From contig NC_043011.1 of the NCBI RefSeq assembly GCF_006345805.1, positions 16,070,464 through 16,134,463 on the forward strand: 64,000 nt of DNA, in the 5' to 3' direction. Position 1 is the stretch's first letter; the number at the start of each line of letters is the position of its first letter. Positions 1 to 13,444 of the stretch are shown here, one piece after another. The DNA comes from Octopus sinensis. Its lineage: Eukaryota. The notes beneath the pieces were generated by a model. That model ran no database searches, was not told the origin of the DNA, and saw only the letters and a list, made by a program, of their open reading frames with translations. The position numbers and the translations under genes were made by a program.

Positions 1-299
1 TGATTTAATAGTTATAGTCAACCATTCCTGAATAAGAAACAGAAATAACGTTGAAGATAGATAAAGTAAAGTTAAAGAAAGCGATGACATCACAAATGGA
101 TTCAGAAAAGGTGTTGTAAAATTTGTAATGTAGATGATATGAAAACTCTTTAATACGAGCGTAGCAAATGAGAATATCACTAGTTTATGAGACGAAGTTA
201 ATATTATACTGTTTCGTAAAAAGTGAGATTTCAAAGACAAGAAAATTCACAAACCAATCAGTTAATTATTCCAATTATACAATATGAAAATAGTAGTCA

Positions 300-700
300 A
301 AATGCAGTTAACAGACAGCATTCAGAAATAAATTCACCCCACAGTTTATTTGCAATTCTTCAATCAAATCATATAAGACCTACGGATATAACCAAGTACT
401 AATTAATGGTTACCTGGATTATAAAATCGCCTTTGACTTAATAGAGCGTTATGACTACCTAGAAGCGCTCAACACAATAATAATAACTTAAACCTACGTT
501 GACATACTTAAATACAATTCCTAACGGAAAAGGCAGACGTGGACCATAGCACAACAGAAATCGTGGCCTAAGAAAGAGGACCCAGATGAGAAAAGCATAT
601 GATCTCCAAAAACTGTTATCCAATAATTGCATTAATTTGCATTAAATTTCAGGAAAAAAGATTTAATGGCGAATGAAGTCAACTGAACCAAATAAATAGG
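300..700 (+). mobile_element. Highly decayed RTE-like LINE reverse transcriptase fragment
   Basis: 411-470 translates YLDYKIAFDLIERYDYLEAL (the FxDYxKAFD RT motif), and a frameshifted ISPKLF-like segment (atctccaaaaactgtta) follows near 602; many stops. Confidence 0.55.
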
Positions 701-3700
701 ACAAGTAAGAAAAAAATAGCATTGAGTATGAACAGTTGGATGGCCAAGCTTATGACAATATGTAATAGATATAAATAGATAGAAAAAAACGGCAAGAGAT
801 GACATATGTCAGACAGTTAATATGTCAGACACAAAGAAGTTAATAACACGTATAATATCGATGAAATTTATTTATTAATCAAAGTGATATATAATTGAAT
901 ATTGAGATTTTACATACACATTCAACGTTCTTTTTCTGTATAATATATAGTGTGACAATTTTAAAGTGGCTTCCAGTGTTTTTCAACAGATCATATACAA
1001 TTTAGTGAAATCAGGCTACGTAGTTTGTATGACAAAAATAAATATAAATCGATAATAATGACCACTAACAGAACGTTCATTGTTAAAAGATGTTTTCGTA
1101 ACAAAATTCGCTAAAATGAACAGTGAAAAGGCATCTAAAATGAAGTTATTTATAATTCCTGAGTAATTGCTTGTTAAATTTCATTAACTTCTACCAATTA
1201 CGACGTGTAATTTTAATCACTAGATTTAGTTCTTTGGCTCGACAATACCATATTTTGTTTTGTTTTCTATTCATTTCCGACTGGATCGGACGATAAACAA
1301 TTATAGTATTTCGTTGCGAAATGTTTTACGTGGGCTCAATGGTTTTAGGAGGGTTTTAAGAGTGACCACATCCAGTCATATTGAGGTCAATAAATTCAAC
1401 TTTAGCAGAATAATGCCTGTTCACTAACGGAACAGGATGTACAAATTCCACGCCTGCAGTCATTCAACTGAGATCAACAGTCTTAAACCTTATAATCTGT
1501 ACTCGACAACTGTGGAACGCACACAATCGATTCTAAGATCCACCAGCTCTATAGAGACGTTTTCTGAACAATATAAGTCCATGATGAATAATTGGAGGCA
1601 AAAGGTATGCACAAAATCGTCGCAGAAAGAAAATAAATGTTCTCAAGTTCTTCGGATGAAAAACAATTCTCTGAATTAATTCCCCTTAATGTATACTTCA
1701 TAGATATAATATCGCATGTAAGTTATATATATATATATATATTTATATATATAGTGCGATCATGTCATAAAATGCTCCCATAAATTTAGCATTTGTGATC
1801 CAATGAAGCACAGCTGTACTAGTAAAATTCTTTTTAGAATTATTTTGCTTTTACAATTCCTCACAATTTTTCTGTAGCGGATGCGGTAGATGCTACATCA
1901 CAATATTCTATTTGACGAGCAAAGACATGTCGAAATCTTTCATTGCCATTTCTAAAGACGGACATGGTCTATGATTGAAGCCAACGATAGAATTCAGTTT
2001 TCCAGGTGTTTCATTCGTATAGAGAGATAAGAGTTTCTATGTATAACAAGATCACTAATATATCGTCTCTACGTATATCACTTGTGATTATTTTAATAAT
2101 CTATACAGATCCGAAGAGGATTTACTACAGAATGAACCCAGTGTTTAATTGTTCATGAAGAAGGAGGATGTGTCTCTGCTTCGTAATTGAGAAATTCGAC
2201 GAAAGTAACTTATTTTTTTCTATTCTTCTTCGTGTAGCTGCTAACGTGTCATTGCAATTAAACCCCCCAGAAAATTATCGAGGTTTTCTAAGAAAGAGCA
2301 TGTCTCTAAGAACCCTCAAATAAAAGTGGATAGCTATTTTGAATAAAGCTTTACATCATAGAAAACTTGTGAACTATTTAACATTTGTGAAGTCTTCATT
2401 CTATGCGTATCATATCTCACAATCCATGTCTTAGCTCACCTTACATTACAACGTTAAGAAATGTACTAAATGAAAATCTTAAAGCTATAACACAAAAAAT
2501 GAAAGCCAATTTGAGATCAAAATCTAATTTAGGAAATGTTTCACTGATGTGAAGTTACAGACTGTGGAGATGATGTCTTACAAGTGAGGCTGTTATAGTA
2601 ATAGTAGCCGTTGGCATTTTCACCCTCTCGTGGAAATCCTGTCATTTCCCTTTACATTATATCATTTTATTTCCATAAAATTATTAGTCATTCACCCACA
2701 CACATCCTTACCAATCCGTGTTAGTACATAAGTACACTTATTTACTTCCTGATTATATCCCGCTTCTCTCGTTCATTTCATTAATTTTTAACTAAAATAC
2801 CTATCTAGTACAACGTCATTCAAATGCAAGTTGTAGCGCAAGACGTAGAGAAGAATGAAAAACCTGGGAAGCTGTCACGGAACCCATAATGTTTCGAGAG
2901 CTAACAATACTGATCACATATTTCTTGACCCAATTGCAAACTTTTAAGAATGCAGCCCAGCTTCCAGAGAGGGTACATTATTTACTACAAATATCCGAGA
3001 TAGGTTCACTCCGCAAATATGTGTTTACTTGTGCAATGATGGGTGCTACGAATTAGACAGTACGTTAAATCCTTCTTATAAAGTCACATTGTAAGCGTGT
3101 CGCTTTCAAATGTCAAAAGAGTTTCAGTTCGCATCACAAACATCTTGTTAGTTGTCAGCATGAAAAGTTTTAGAGGCATTCATTGGCAGAGAAGCGGCGA
3201 TTAATTTAAATGTTAATTTTTAAGATTCTAACGTTATAATATTGCTGCCAAAACCAGTGGATTCAGGACGAAAATAAATTAAAAACATAAGATTATTTCA
3301 ATACACACATGGAAAGATAGTCATGTCGAAAAGTTTAGCAAAAGAAGAAGAGCAATACTGTCATAGATTTATGCATCTACAGACCTGAATGTTGCTGCGG
3401 CGAATTTATATTAGATATTATCAAATAAATATATTTTTAATAATGATGCTGCGTGTTGATACTGGAAGTCATTGTCTACTAAGAATTGATTTGATTAATT
3501 AACCAGTGATAACTGTTATTCTATTGCATTAATCAGATATGTACATTATTTACCATCGAAATGGAATACAATTGACTGGCATGAAGCTTCTCAGAACATG
3601 AGAAGTCTATAATCAGTGTTAACTGAAACAAAGTATAGTACAAGCAGCCGCTGATAATTTAACGTTTGCAAATCTTGTTTTTGCAGTGTAAGTTAATATA

Positions 3701-4123
3701 CCCTTATCTACCTACGTTTGTTACGTTCGTGAATGAATTATTGTAAGAGGCAAGTCCCTCACAAAACATCAATGACTACTAGTAGTATGTAACTGTAATG
3801 GGGTGAAATAAAATAATACAGTTAGAGTCCTTAAACTTGTTTCTTGCAGAATAAAATAATCTGCCGTCCTGTGCGATTGCAGGTAATTTCGATCATGTGA
3901 AATACAAGCGATCTCGAGAATCCATTACCTTTGAGTATGTACAACCGAATTAATCACTCATGCACAATAATACAATGACATGAATATGTCATTCAGCATT
4001 GTACGGGTTGTACAACGAGATGCGCCTGTAATTTGTTTATCTTTCTGATTTTGCAAAATTTTTCAACGGATCGGTACAAAAATTCCCCTCGGGATATGTA
4101 ACAACTAAGATTCATGTAAAAAA

Positions 4124-4173
<50 letters not shown>

Positions 4174-4189
4174 AGAGAGAGAGATTAGG

Positions 4190-4282
4190 AAAAAACCAAA
4201 AGACGAAGACAGGTGGTGTACAAAACAAACAGATGTATTAGTATAACCCTCAGGAATAGAAAAGGTATTTTACGTTTCGAGC

Positions 4283-4324
<42 letters not shown>

Positions 4325-4346
4325 ATATATATAATATATATATATA

Positions 4347-4378
<32 letters not shown>

Positions 4379-4379
4379 A

Positions 4380-4459
<80 letters not shown>

Positions 4460-4690
4460 ATATATATATATATATATTATATATAGTTAATCAAAATATG
4501 AACAAAAAGAAAACACAACAACAGGAGGATGTGGAATAAGTATAGTGTTATTGGACGCTCAGGAAAGGGAAGAAAGAAGAAGGATTGCACATTTCGAGCG
4601 GATCACTTCTCCAAAAATATAGAAAGAAGAAAAAGTTCAAAGAAGGGAAGTCGGAGAAAGAACATCGCCAACGATACACACCCGGTCATA
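4190..4690 (-). mobile_element. Two Penelope-pLTR-like fragments flanking a (TA)n tract, with decayed hammerhead 3' halves
   Basis: Both fragments share 'ctcaggaa...tttcgagc' (4249-4282 and 4558-4599). The minus strand reads GCTC-GAAA-CG-TA and GCTC-GAAA-TG-TG, resembling the 3' half of minimal Penelope hammerheads. Confidence 0.4.
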
Positions 4691-4744
<54 letters not shown>

Positions 4745-6514
4745 GTATATATGTATGTATTCTTTTATATAACACAGAAACATGTGGTAAAGAAATAACC
4801 CAGGCGTCCATTGTCTTGAATTCAGGTTAATAAATTCACGCAAGTTGCTGTTTGTGCTAAACGATGTACCAAAGAAAACCAGCGTTTCATTAAAATTGTC
4901 TTTTTACTTGGAGAAAGTAAACAAAACCTAACCAGTACTTCTTAGCGTCAGTCAGGAAATTGAGAAGTAATATGAAATAATTAACATCAACTTTCACAAA
5001 ATATTTTACAAGAGTGAGAGAATTTAGAAAAATTGTTTGCCAGCAAGATAATAGCTACGAGCATATTCGATATAATTAATTTCATCACCGATTCAGCCCA
5101 ATCTATCATTTGACAACCATATACAAAGAAAAATAAGATTAGTTATAAAGAGTTTTACTGACGGAAATTTGCATAATAAAGAATATATAATAAGGTCCGA
5201 GAACAATAACTGACTCAAATGGGTCAAGTGGGACCTACGAAATTAGGTGAAAAATATCAAGGGCTGATATACTGAATAACATATTTCTCTTCTTAGGAGA
5301 AGAATGCAAAATTCCAACATTAATACTGAATAGTTCATGCAGAAATCGATAGCCAGTGGCAAGAAATTAGGTGGTAATTTCAAAAAGTGTGCATGGAAAT
5401 TTGATGGCTGGTGAGTTTAAAGTGAATTTGGGGCAGCATGCGATTCGGGTACGGAAACACTCAAATTCGATCTGGCTTAAACACTCACCAAAACATATTC
5501 ATGTATTTTTTATTTTTTTCAATTTATTCCACTTTTCTTCGTGAATCTCTAAGAATTACTATTGGTTTTATATTTAGATACTGGAAGGGAAATTTCAATT
5601 AAGTGAAAGGATATCGTAAACGTAATTCAATTTATTACCACTTTACTAAATTCAATCCATTAATCGAATTGAGTTGTTTTGCATTACTTCATTTTATTTA
5701 TTTATTGTTAATTATACAATTTCTCTAACCAAATATAAAACCGTTGTAAAAATATTTCCGTGTCAAAATCTCTTCGATATTAACATGAAGGCTCCAGTTT
5801 GGTTATGTTTTGCTGATCACCAACAAGGTGTAAATAAGACCACAGCTCCCACCTTGACAGCAGACAGAAATGAGATATTTTACTGAAGCATGCAAAAAAG
5901 TGTATGCAATAAGACCTTAAATATTGCAAATGACCTCGACTTATGGTCGTCAAAAATTAGCTGTAGACAGCTTACTATTCTTTCTTCTAAGATATAATTC
6001 CTGTTAACGTTGCTTTCGCGCAAGTCATTCAGTGCATCACCTCATAATTATATTAATATACGCTAGCTTAGTTGCTGTTTATCTCGTATGAAACAATTTA
6101 TTTCTTTTCCTTCACAGAATACACCAATATTCAGAACATTTCGAATAAGTTGGTAAAAGCTTAAATGTCGATAGCTGCTTCTTTGAAAAAATGGTTAGCG
6201 GCGTGCTTATCATCAACTTTGAAATTTACAGTATATACTGTCTGGTTGCAATAGTCATTGTTGTTGGTCTGCTGTTGATGTCATTCTCTAACCGATTATC
6301 TCTAATGTCATCAAGTCGCTATTTAAGACAACTTTGGATTAGAAGCAATACACAATAGCATATTAGATACAGAGGAAATAAAAGTCTTGAGAATGCTGCC
6401 ATCTCTATCAGCATTAGCATCAGTACAAAGTTGAATTAGAAATTTCTCGATTTACTTGCGTCGGAAGAAACGTAATATTATTTGATATGGTATACATCAC
6501 AATCAATGCTTTGT

Positions 6515-6737
6515 CTCTTTTGCTTGTTTCAGTCATTTGACTGCAGCCATGCTGGAGCACCGCCTTTAGTGTGCGCAAATCGACCCCAGGACTTATTCTT
6601 TGTAAGCCTAGTACTTATTCTATCGGTCTCTTCTGCCGAACCGCTAAGTGACGGGGACATAAACACACCAGCAGTGGTTGTCAAGCAATGCTAGGGGGAC
6701 GAACACAGACACACAAACACACACAGACACACACACA

Positions 6738-6827
<90 letters not shown>

Positions 6828-7190
6828 ATATATATATACATATGCACATATATATATATATATAAACATATTCAAGATTAATCAGCTGAAATTGCGAGGA
6901 TGATCCAGTTCTTGACTGAAGATTGAAAGCTTCGAATGTCTCGCCCGTGCTTTTTGTATCGTCTTCTAAACGTTTTGCGTTCTTGTCCCAGTTTCTATTG
7001 TTCTACATATATATATACATATACATATATACGACAGGTTTCTTTCAGTTTCCATCTACCAAATCCACTCACAAGGATTTGGTCGGCCCGAGGCTATAGT
7101 AAAAGGCACTTGCCCAAGATGCCACGCAGTGGGACTGAATCCGGAACCATGTGGTTGGTAAGCAAGCTACTTACCACACAGCCACTCCTG
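6515..7190 (-). mobile_element. tRNA-derived SINE (family A, Deu/Nin-domain-like) with internal (CA)n/(TA)n and a nested insertion
   Basis: Minus-strand head has A-box TGGCTGTGTGG and B-box-like GATTCAGTCCC. It closely matches copies at 16272, 26620, 31036 and 39767. Confidence 0.85.
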
Positions 7191-7539
7191 TTTTAACGAT
7201 GAACATATTAGTGGCGTCTGTGACTGGAGCAGGAACTCCATCAAAGATTACTTTGTAAGGAGAGTGGTAGTTTTAGCTCTTTGGATATCTTCTATGGATG
7301 AAAACAAAACCTTTCAACAGATGGAGGAAGACAGGGGGCCGAATGTCCTACACAATAGTATCTGTACTACTATTTAGGTTGTTATTGTTATTATCATACC
7401 TAATGATGTAACGTTGTAATGGTTGCTCATGATCCGTATCTCGAACAAAGGTAAGAACAAGAGCAAGGCCATCAACAAAAATCTTTAAAAAACAATAATC
7501 CTTTATGCTATAGAATTATAACCTGGAGTTTTTGTGGAA

Positions 7540-7856
7540 GGGTGCTTGTCCATTACATCGATCCTAGCGCTAAATTTCACAAAGCATTTTACCCAGCGTG
7601 CTAACGATTCTGCCACCTTACCGATTTAATATTAATAATAAAAATGGTTTCATATTTTGGCACAAGGTCAGTGAATTTTTGGGAGGTAAGTTTATTACTT
7701 CGACCCCAGGGCTATACTGAACTTAATTTAGCGACCATGAATAGATGAAAGGCAAAGTTGACCTCGTTGGAACTTGAACTCAGAACGTAAAGATGGATGC
7801 AATTCCTCTAAATATTTCGCCGGGCGTGCTTAACGGTTCTTGTAGCTCGCCACTTA
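7540..7856 (-). mobile_element. Decayed SINE family B (Meta-domain-like) fragments
   Basis: 'gatgaaaggcaaagttgacctcg...gaactcagaacgta' matches the copies at 23437-23975. Confidence 0.7.
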
Positions 7857-8249
7857 ATGATATTATTTACCGACTACATTAATATTCGGTCTCATATGTT
7901 ACAGAAGGCGTCTTTGAATCTGGCACCGCTCCTTGTGATGGCATGTCAATAAAGATGCTGGTGGTAACGATACATCAGAATATATCGTTTGACAATAAAG
8001 TGCCGATGTCCTGACCGGTGAAATAAGTTTAGCTGATGGATAGATGAGACCTGTTTAGAGGTGGTTGTCACCCCTCATATTCACGGTGCCTAGATAAAAA
8101 GACCGTCGTTTTTTTTCCTTAAAATAATAACCTTATCATAAAATTGTAATGTCAAATAAGATCAGAGATAACCCAGAACCTGGAAGTGGAGGCTACCGAG
8201 TGATTGCTTTCAGAAGCTACAATTAGATGATGCACAGGCAGGGCCTGTT

Positions 8250-8715
8250 AAAGCAACATGGATAAAGGAATAGTAGAAGATAGTTATATAATTCTACTTT
8301 ATAAGTCAACGAAATAAGAGATGTTATAGGCAAAGATGGTGTTGGCAATTTCGGAAGTGATAAATGTTAGCGGTGCCAGAGCCAAAGATTGCAGGGCAAA
8401 CACATTCTGCAACGCATGGAATTCAGAGGACTTGGGCAGAAATAGTAAACCTAACAAGAGACAAGTCTGTGTCTAAAAGGATTTTCAGTGAAAACAAGAA
8501 TAACAGGATATAACATGGACGGAAATAATTAGTCGGTTAGATTAGCAATAAGACTGGGACTGTGGCATGTTATTCAGAACAAGGAGGTTGAATGGCTAGA
8601 AGACAAGATATTAAACCAATATCTTTCTTTTGTGTATTGTATAGAGATTATGGGGTAAATCAAAAGTGAGAAAAATCGACAATGCTGGAATACAACACAT
8701 CACCTGCCAGTAACA
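8250..8715 (+). mobile_element. Decayed LINE 3' region (L1/Tx1-like C-terminal CCHC region)
   Basis: RCQSQR..HIL and IQRTWAEIV-like segments in shifted frames. 8346-8411 is an inverted copy of 9145-9211. Confidence 0.4.
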
Positions 8716-8737
8716 CTAAATAGTCTAAACATGGTGG

Positions 8738-8762
8738 CAACAGCAGCAGCAGTAGTAGTAAC

Positions 8763-8803
<41 letters not shown>

Positions 8804-9033
8804 CAGCAGTAGTAGTAGCAGCAGCAGTAGTAGTAGTAGTAGGTGGTGGAGGAGGATAAGGTGGTGAAGGAGGAGGAGGTGGTGAAGGAGGATAAGGTGG
8901 TGGAAGGGAGGGGGAGGTATAGAAGAGGAAGGGAGGGCAGAAAGGGAGGGATGAGGAAGAAAGGAGGAGGAGGCGGAAGTGGATGAGGAGGAGGTAGAGG
9001 AAGAGGTGGTGGAAGAGGAGGGCCAGCAGTAGC
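8738..9033. repeat. Compound (GCA)/(TAG)n microsatellite followed by a purine-rich GGA/GAA low-complexity tract
   Basis: Directly visible. Confidence 0.95.
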
Positions 9034-9045
9034 AATGGGTAAAGG

Positions 9046-9943
9046 AATTGGCTACTTGGCAGGTAAATCTATGATCATACAGAGAATTACCTTGCTGAAA
9101 AAATAAAGTGGCATCAAGATTCCATGTTTGATAGGTAGATATTATGCAGACTGTGTCTGACCTGCAATCTTTGGCTCTGGCACCGCTAAAATATCTATTA
9201 CTTTCGAAATTGGCGGCCTTTCACCTACTTCCTCACGTAGTTTGTTTTCTTAATGACACTCTCTATCCACACTTTCGTTGTCTACTAATCTTGTATCATA
9301 CACATTGTTTTTTTTTTCTATATTGAATACGATGTATACGGGAGTGAATATTTTCATTCCTACCTCGTATAGATTTTCATATGGCATAGTTGTTTTCGAA
9401 GGTGTGTTATTTATAGCTGTACCATTGTCCGAACATACAGCGTTCTGTCTTGCAATGTGTTCGAGAGGGATAATTATGTCGAAGTTTTGTTATATGTGTA
9501 GAAGTTTGTTTTCTACTTCGAAATTACACGCTGTCTCCCCTTTTGGGATATCTACCTTGCACTATATATCACTTCAGATTTTTATGCTAATATATTCATT
9601 TGGCAATTTATTTTTGTGTAATTATATTTGCTTCGGTTTTTCACATAATTGCTTACGATTATTTGGAAACAACAGATTCAGCCTAAACTGATAAATAATA
9701 TTCGCTTTTTTTAATATTAGATGTCTGTGCAGCCAATGTTTACCTCAATTATTCAATTATAGTATTGTTAATCTCTTTGCCTTCTTCACGTTGAGTTTTA
9801 TTTCTAGTGTGTTTGAGTTTCGATTTCCCCTGAGCACCTTTTTACTAAGTCGTAGTTAGTTCAATTCCTGTCTCTATCTCTTGATGCTTCTTCTTTTAAT
9901 TTCAGCAAGGTATGATCTAGACTTACCTGCCAAGTAACCAATT
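9046..9943 (-). mobile_element. LINE-like relic bounded by ~65-75-bp imperfect inverted repeats
   Basis: 9046-9119 (aattggctacttggcaggtaaatcta...ccttgctgaaa...gcatcaaga) is the reverse complement of 9879-9943. The interior resembles decayed L1-type ORF2 on the minus strand. Confidence 0.55.
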
Positions 9944-9949
9944 TAATAA

Positions 9950-12708
9950 ACAACGAAAGACAATAAACCTAGACTGTAGGAATGTATAATGATGAGCAAA
10001 ATGCACCAAACCAGAATACCACAGACACGGGGGCGGAATACGAAGCACCAAGAAACAGTGAAGGTGAACCTAATGATTATGATACTTTATAATGTGCTTA
10101 ATCAAAGAACTGAACGCAACAGATCTAAGTCTGGACCACCGACTGTACCTCCAAAAAAATTGAAACTAAAGCAACGTCAATAATAAATAGCATGAACCCG
10201 GCCATCACAAAACTAATAGCCACAGAAACAGATTTCAATATGACCAGGATAAATGATATAATATATGCAGCAGATGCTGTGGCCACAAAATAAGCTGGAT
10301 GCGCCCTCAAACCCATCCAAACAGAAGTACCACAACCCAAACAAACCCTGTGGATATATAATACCCCAAAAAGTAGAAAACAAGAGAAAAGATCTATCAA
10401 TCCTTCACGAAACTAGTAGACAATCAACACTACTAAGCAACAAGAAAGGAACAAAAATACTGTGTAAATACAAAATTACAGGAAAATGTTTACCTGGGGT
10501 AAAAGAATAGCTAAAGCAAGATATCCTTCCCAAAGCACAACGTATACACCGGTATGAAAAACGACAAAGTTTCATTGAACAAAACAAACAGTTCAACTCC
10601 AACCCCAAAAAATTCTGCAAAGACCTTACTTGCTTAAAATAGACATCAATGTAGTACCAATAGCAGAAGAAGTGGAAGACTTTTGGGAAGAAATATGGTC
10701 GGCGAAGTAACAACCTCAGAGAAAGGTCTATCAAAACAACAAACTCAACATCTGAGCAAATCTGGATCCCTATAGCAACTATAGCGGTCAGCCAGACACT
10801 GCAACAACTAAGCAGCTGGAAGGCACCAGGTCACGATAATATCCTCGACTTATTGTTAAAATATCTGACAGGAACACACAAAAAGCTGATTGAGAAATGT
10901 AAGGAAATACGCGTAAAGCCTGATACAGTGCCGGAATGGGTCACGGATGAGAAAACAATCCTATTTCCCAAATCCACTCCAACGGCAAACCCACAAAATT
11001 ACAGACGAATAACTTACCTCCCTACAAGTTACAAAGAATTTACTGCAATAATATAATAAAGGATGAATAACAACCTGTTTTCAGAAAAGCAGGAGAGATA
11101 CTGCAAGGGCTCATACGGCTGTAAGCATCAAATAATGATCAATAAAGCCATACCTGAAGACAGCCGCAGAAAGAAGAATGTATAGGTATGACCTGGATCG
11201 ATTACCTAAAGGCTTTTGATAGTATTCCCCACAGATGTATTCTAGAAACGACGCTAGCCATGAACAAGGTAGCACCAATAATCCTGAAATATATAACACA
11301 CTCCATCAATAAATCGCATGCAGTGCTACAGACCCAGACAAAATAGGGACTCATAAAAACCAAAGCCATCCTCATTAGAAGAGAAATATTCCAGGGAGAC
11401 ACGCTCTCTTCACTCCTTTTCTGTTTAGCACTGACACTTTTAACTGGCATGCTAAAGAGGACTGGACGTGGATACAACTGTTACGGCAAAACAATCAACC
11501 ATGTCTTATACATGGATGACCTAAAACTGTACGCTACAAATGATAAACAGCTGGAAACATTACTACAGACAGTACATGGGTTTACCAAAGAAATAAACAT
11601 GAACTTCGCTTTGGAAAAATGTGCCAAAACAACATTTAAAAGAGGAAACCTAGTTAAGACTAACAACATCACACTAGATAAACAAATGAAATAAGAGAAT
11701 TAGACCAAAGCCAGACATACCAATACTTACTAATCAATGAAATAAATACGATACTACACAGAGAAATGAAAGAAAAAACAAAAATAGAATACTATAGAGG
11801 AGTTAGATTAATAATGAAATCAAATCTCAATGCTAAAATCACGATAATAGGTATTAACATTTTAGCCGCCCCAGTTATAAGTTACAGCTACAATTTCCTT
11901 AACTGGATATTAAATGAACTAATCAAAAGAGACAGGAAAACAAGAAGAAAAATACAGGATCCAGGATGCACCACCCAAAATCTGACATAGAAAGTACCAA
12001 AGACATATAATGAAAAGAAACTTAGCAAGTAACTGCAGAATATGTAGAGATGGAGAAGAATAAATGATTTTGTGTTTGGCTGCCCAGTCCTGGCTAAGAC
12101 GGAATCCTGGCTAAGGAATATATTCTCAGACACGACAGAGTTGGGACCTACATACACTGGAAGCTAAGCCAATACTATGGAATAACAACAGAAAAAGATG
12201 GTATTGGTACACGCCAGAAAAGGTCGCAGGAAATGAGAAAGCAACCATAAATAGGGATATGCCAATACATACAGATAGAGAAATTAAGGCCAATAGGCCA
12301 GATATAGTTGTCAGAGGTCATCGAGAATAAACGTATTCTAATTGATGTATCACTACCAACTGATGACAACGTATCCCTAAAACAAATGGGGTAAGTTTCA
12401 AAATATATAGACCTGGAAGTAGAGGTAACTAGAATGTGGCGTCTAAAAGCAGAAACAATTCCTATCTTAATAAGCGCATTAGGTATGATAAAAAATTATT
12501 CAGACAAATACATAACAAAAACTCCAGGACTAACAAATATATATAACATACAGAAAATAGCATTACTGCGCACCGCACACATCCTACCTAAAACACTTTC
12601 AATACAGTAACTCTAAGAGCATCACAACAAACCACAGCACATACCCAAGACACACAGAGCTGCACTCGGTAGTGAAGTGAAAGCACGTGATAAGAATAAG
12701 ACTACTGA
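9950..12708 (+). mobile_element. R4/Dong-clade non-LTR retrotransposon (RT, CCHC finger, restriction-like endonuclease), pseudogenised, with 3' UTR ending in a (GAT)/(AAT) microsatellite
   Basis: Motifs NYRRITYLPTSYK, IDYLKAFDSIPH, IFQGDTLSSLLF, INHVLYMDDLKLYA, CRICRDG..FGCPVLA, NRPDIVV..ILIDVSLP, IQKIALLRTAHIL; multiple stops and frameshifts. Confidence 0.92.
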
Positions 12709-12880
<172 letters not shown>

Positions 12881-13416
12881 GCCCTGATGCAGTACCAGAC
12901 AGAGGCTCTCATGGCTCCTGATCTTCACTGACTGGAAGTGTTATCATGCACATTATTTTGTCTTGGTATAAAAGATGGGCTACGGCAAATATTCTGCTCA
13001 GTACCACAGATTTGCTTGTCAGTTGTTTGACCTTAACCAGTCGAGCATGTCTCTCAGTGGCTAAAAAATGTGCATCTCTGATCACCATCAGAAGTAGTGG
13101 GGGAGCATCATAGCCATGTGTTGAGAGGGATTCTTTGGAGTTTGAACAATTCACCTCTGGTAACAAGGGTGCTTCGTTCTACATCCTTAAACAACCCTTA
13201 TTCAGGGACCTTTTGAGCAGAATGGGTAACTAAAGGAGACGAAAATTCTCACTGGGCCCCACCTACAAGGTCATGCGCTGTTTATTTTGATTTGAGATCA
13301 CCATGTCGTGCACATATGTTTGTGATGCATGTGCCAGGTGTACCCTTATCAGACGGGTAGGACTTCGTATATTTTACCCCAGTGTCACTTTGATGGCATG
13401 CACTCCTCTCTCACTC
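12881..13416. mobile_element. 536-bp unclassified interspersed element embedded in an AAT/GAT microsatellite (copy 1)
   Basis: End-to-end similarity to 45995-46530 with identical termini (gccctgatgca ... ctctctcactc). Confidence 0.85.
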
Positions 13417-13444
13417 AATAAATGATGATGATGATGATGATGAT

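Noticed and set aside
3850-3882. 33-nt micro-exon candidate (ttcttgcag|...cag|gtaatt)
   Set aside because: Plausible splice signals but no recognisable peptide or partner exons. Similar chance candidates occur at 6118-6152 (+), ~44663-44730 (-), ~57688-57729 (-) and ~60055-60121 (-). Needs RNA-seq.
3938-4013. Small nested inverted repeats (tgtacaacc/ggttgtaca; aatgacat/atgtcatt) as a miRNA hairpin
   Set aside because: Stems are short and discontinuous, and there is no match to a miRNA I recognise.
9921-9932. acttacctg resembling the U1 snRNA 5' end
   Set aside because: Similarity ends after 9 nt; it is part of the inverted repeat.
12881-13215. HDV-like ribozyme in the 536-bp element (ccctga/tcaggg as P1)
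   Set aside because: P3, P1.1 and P2 could not be placed by eye.
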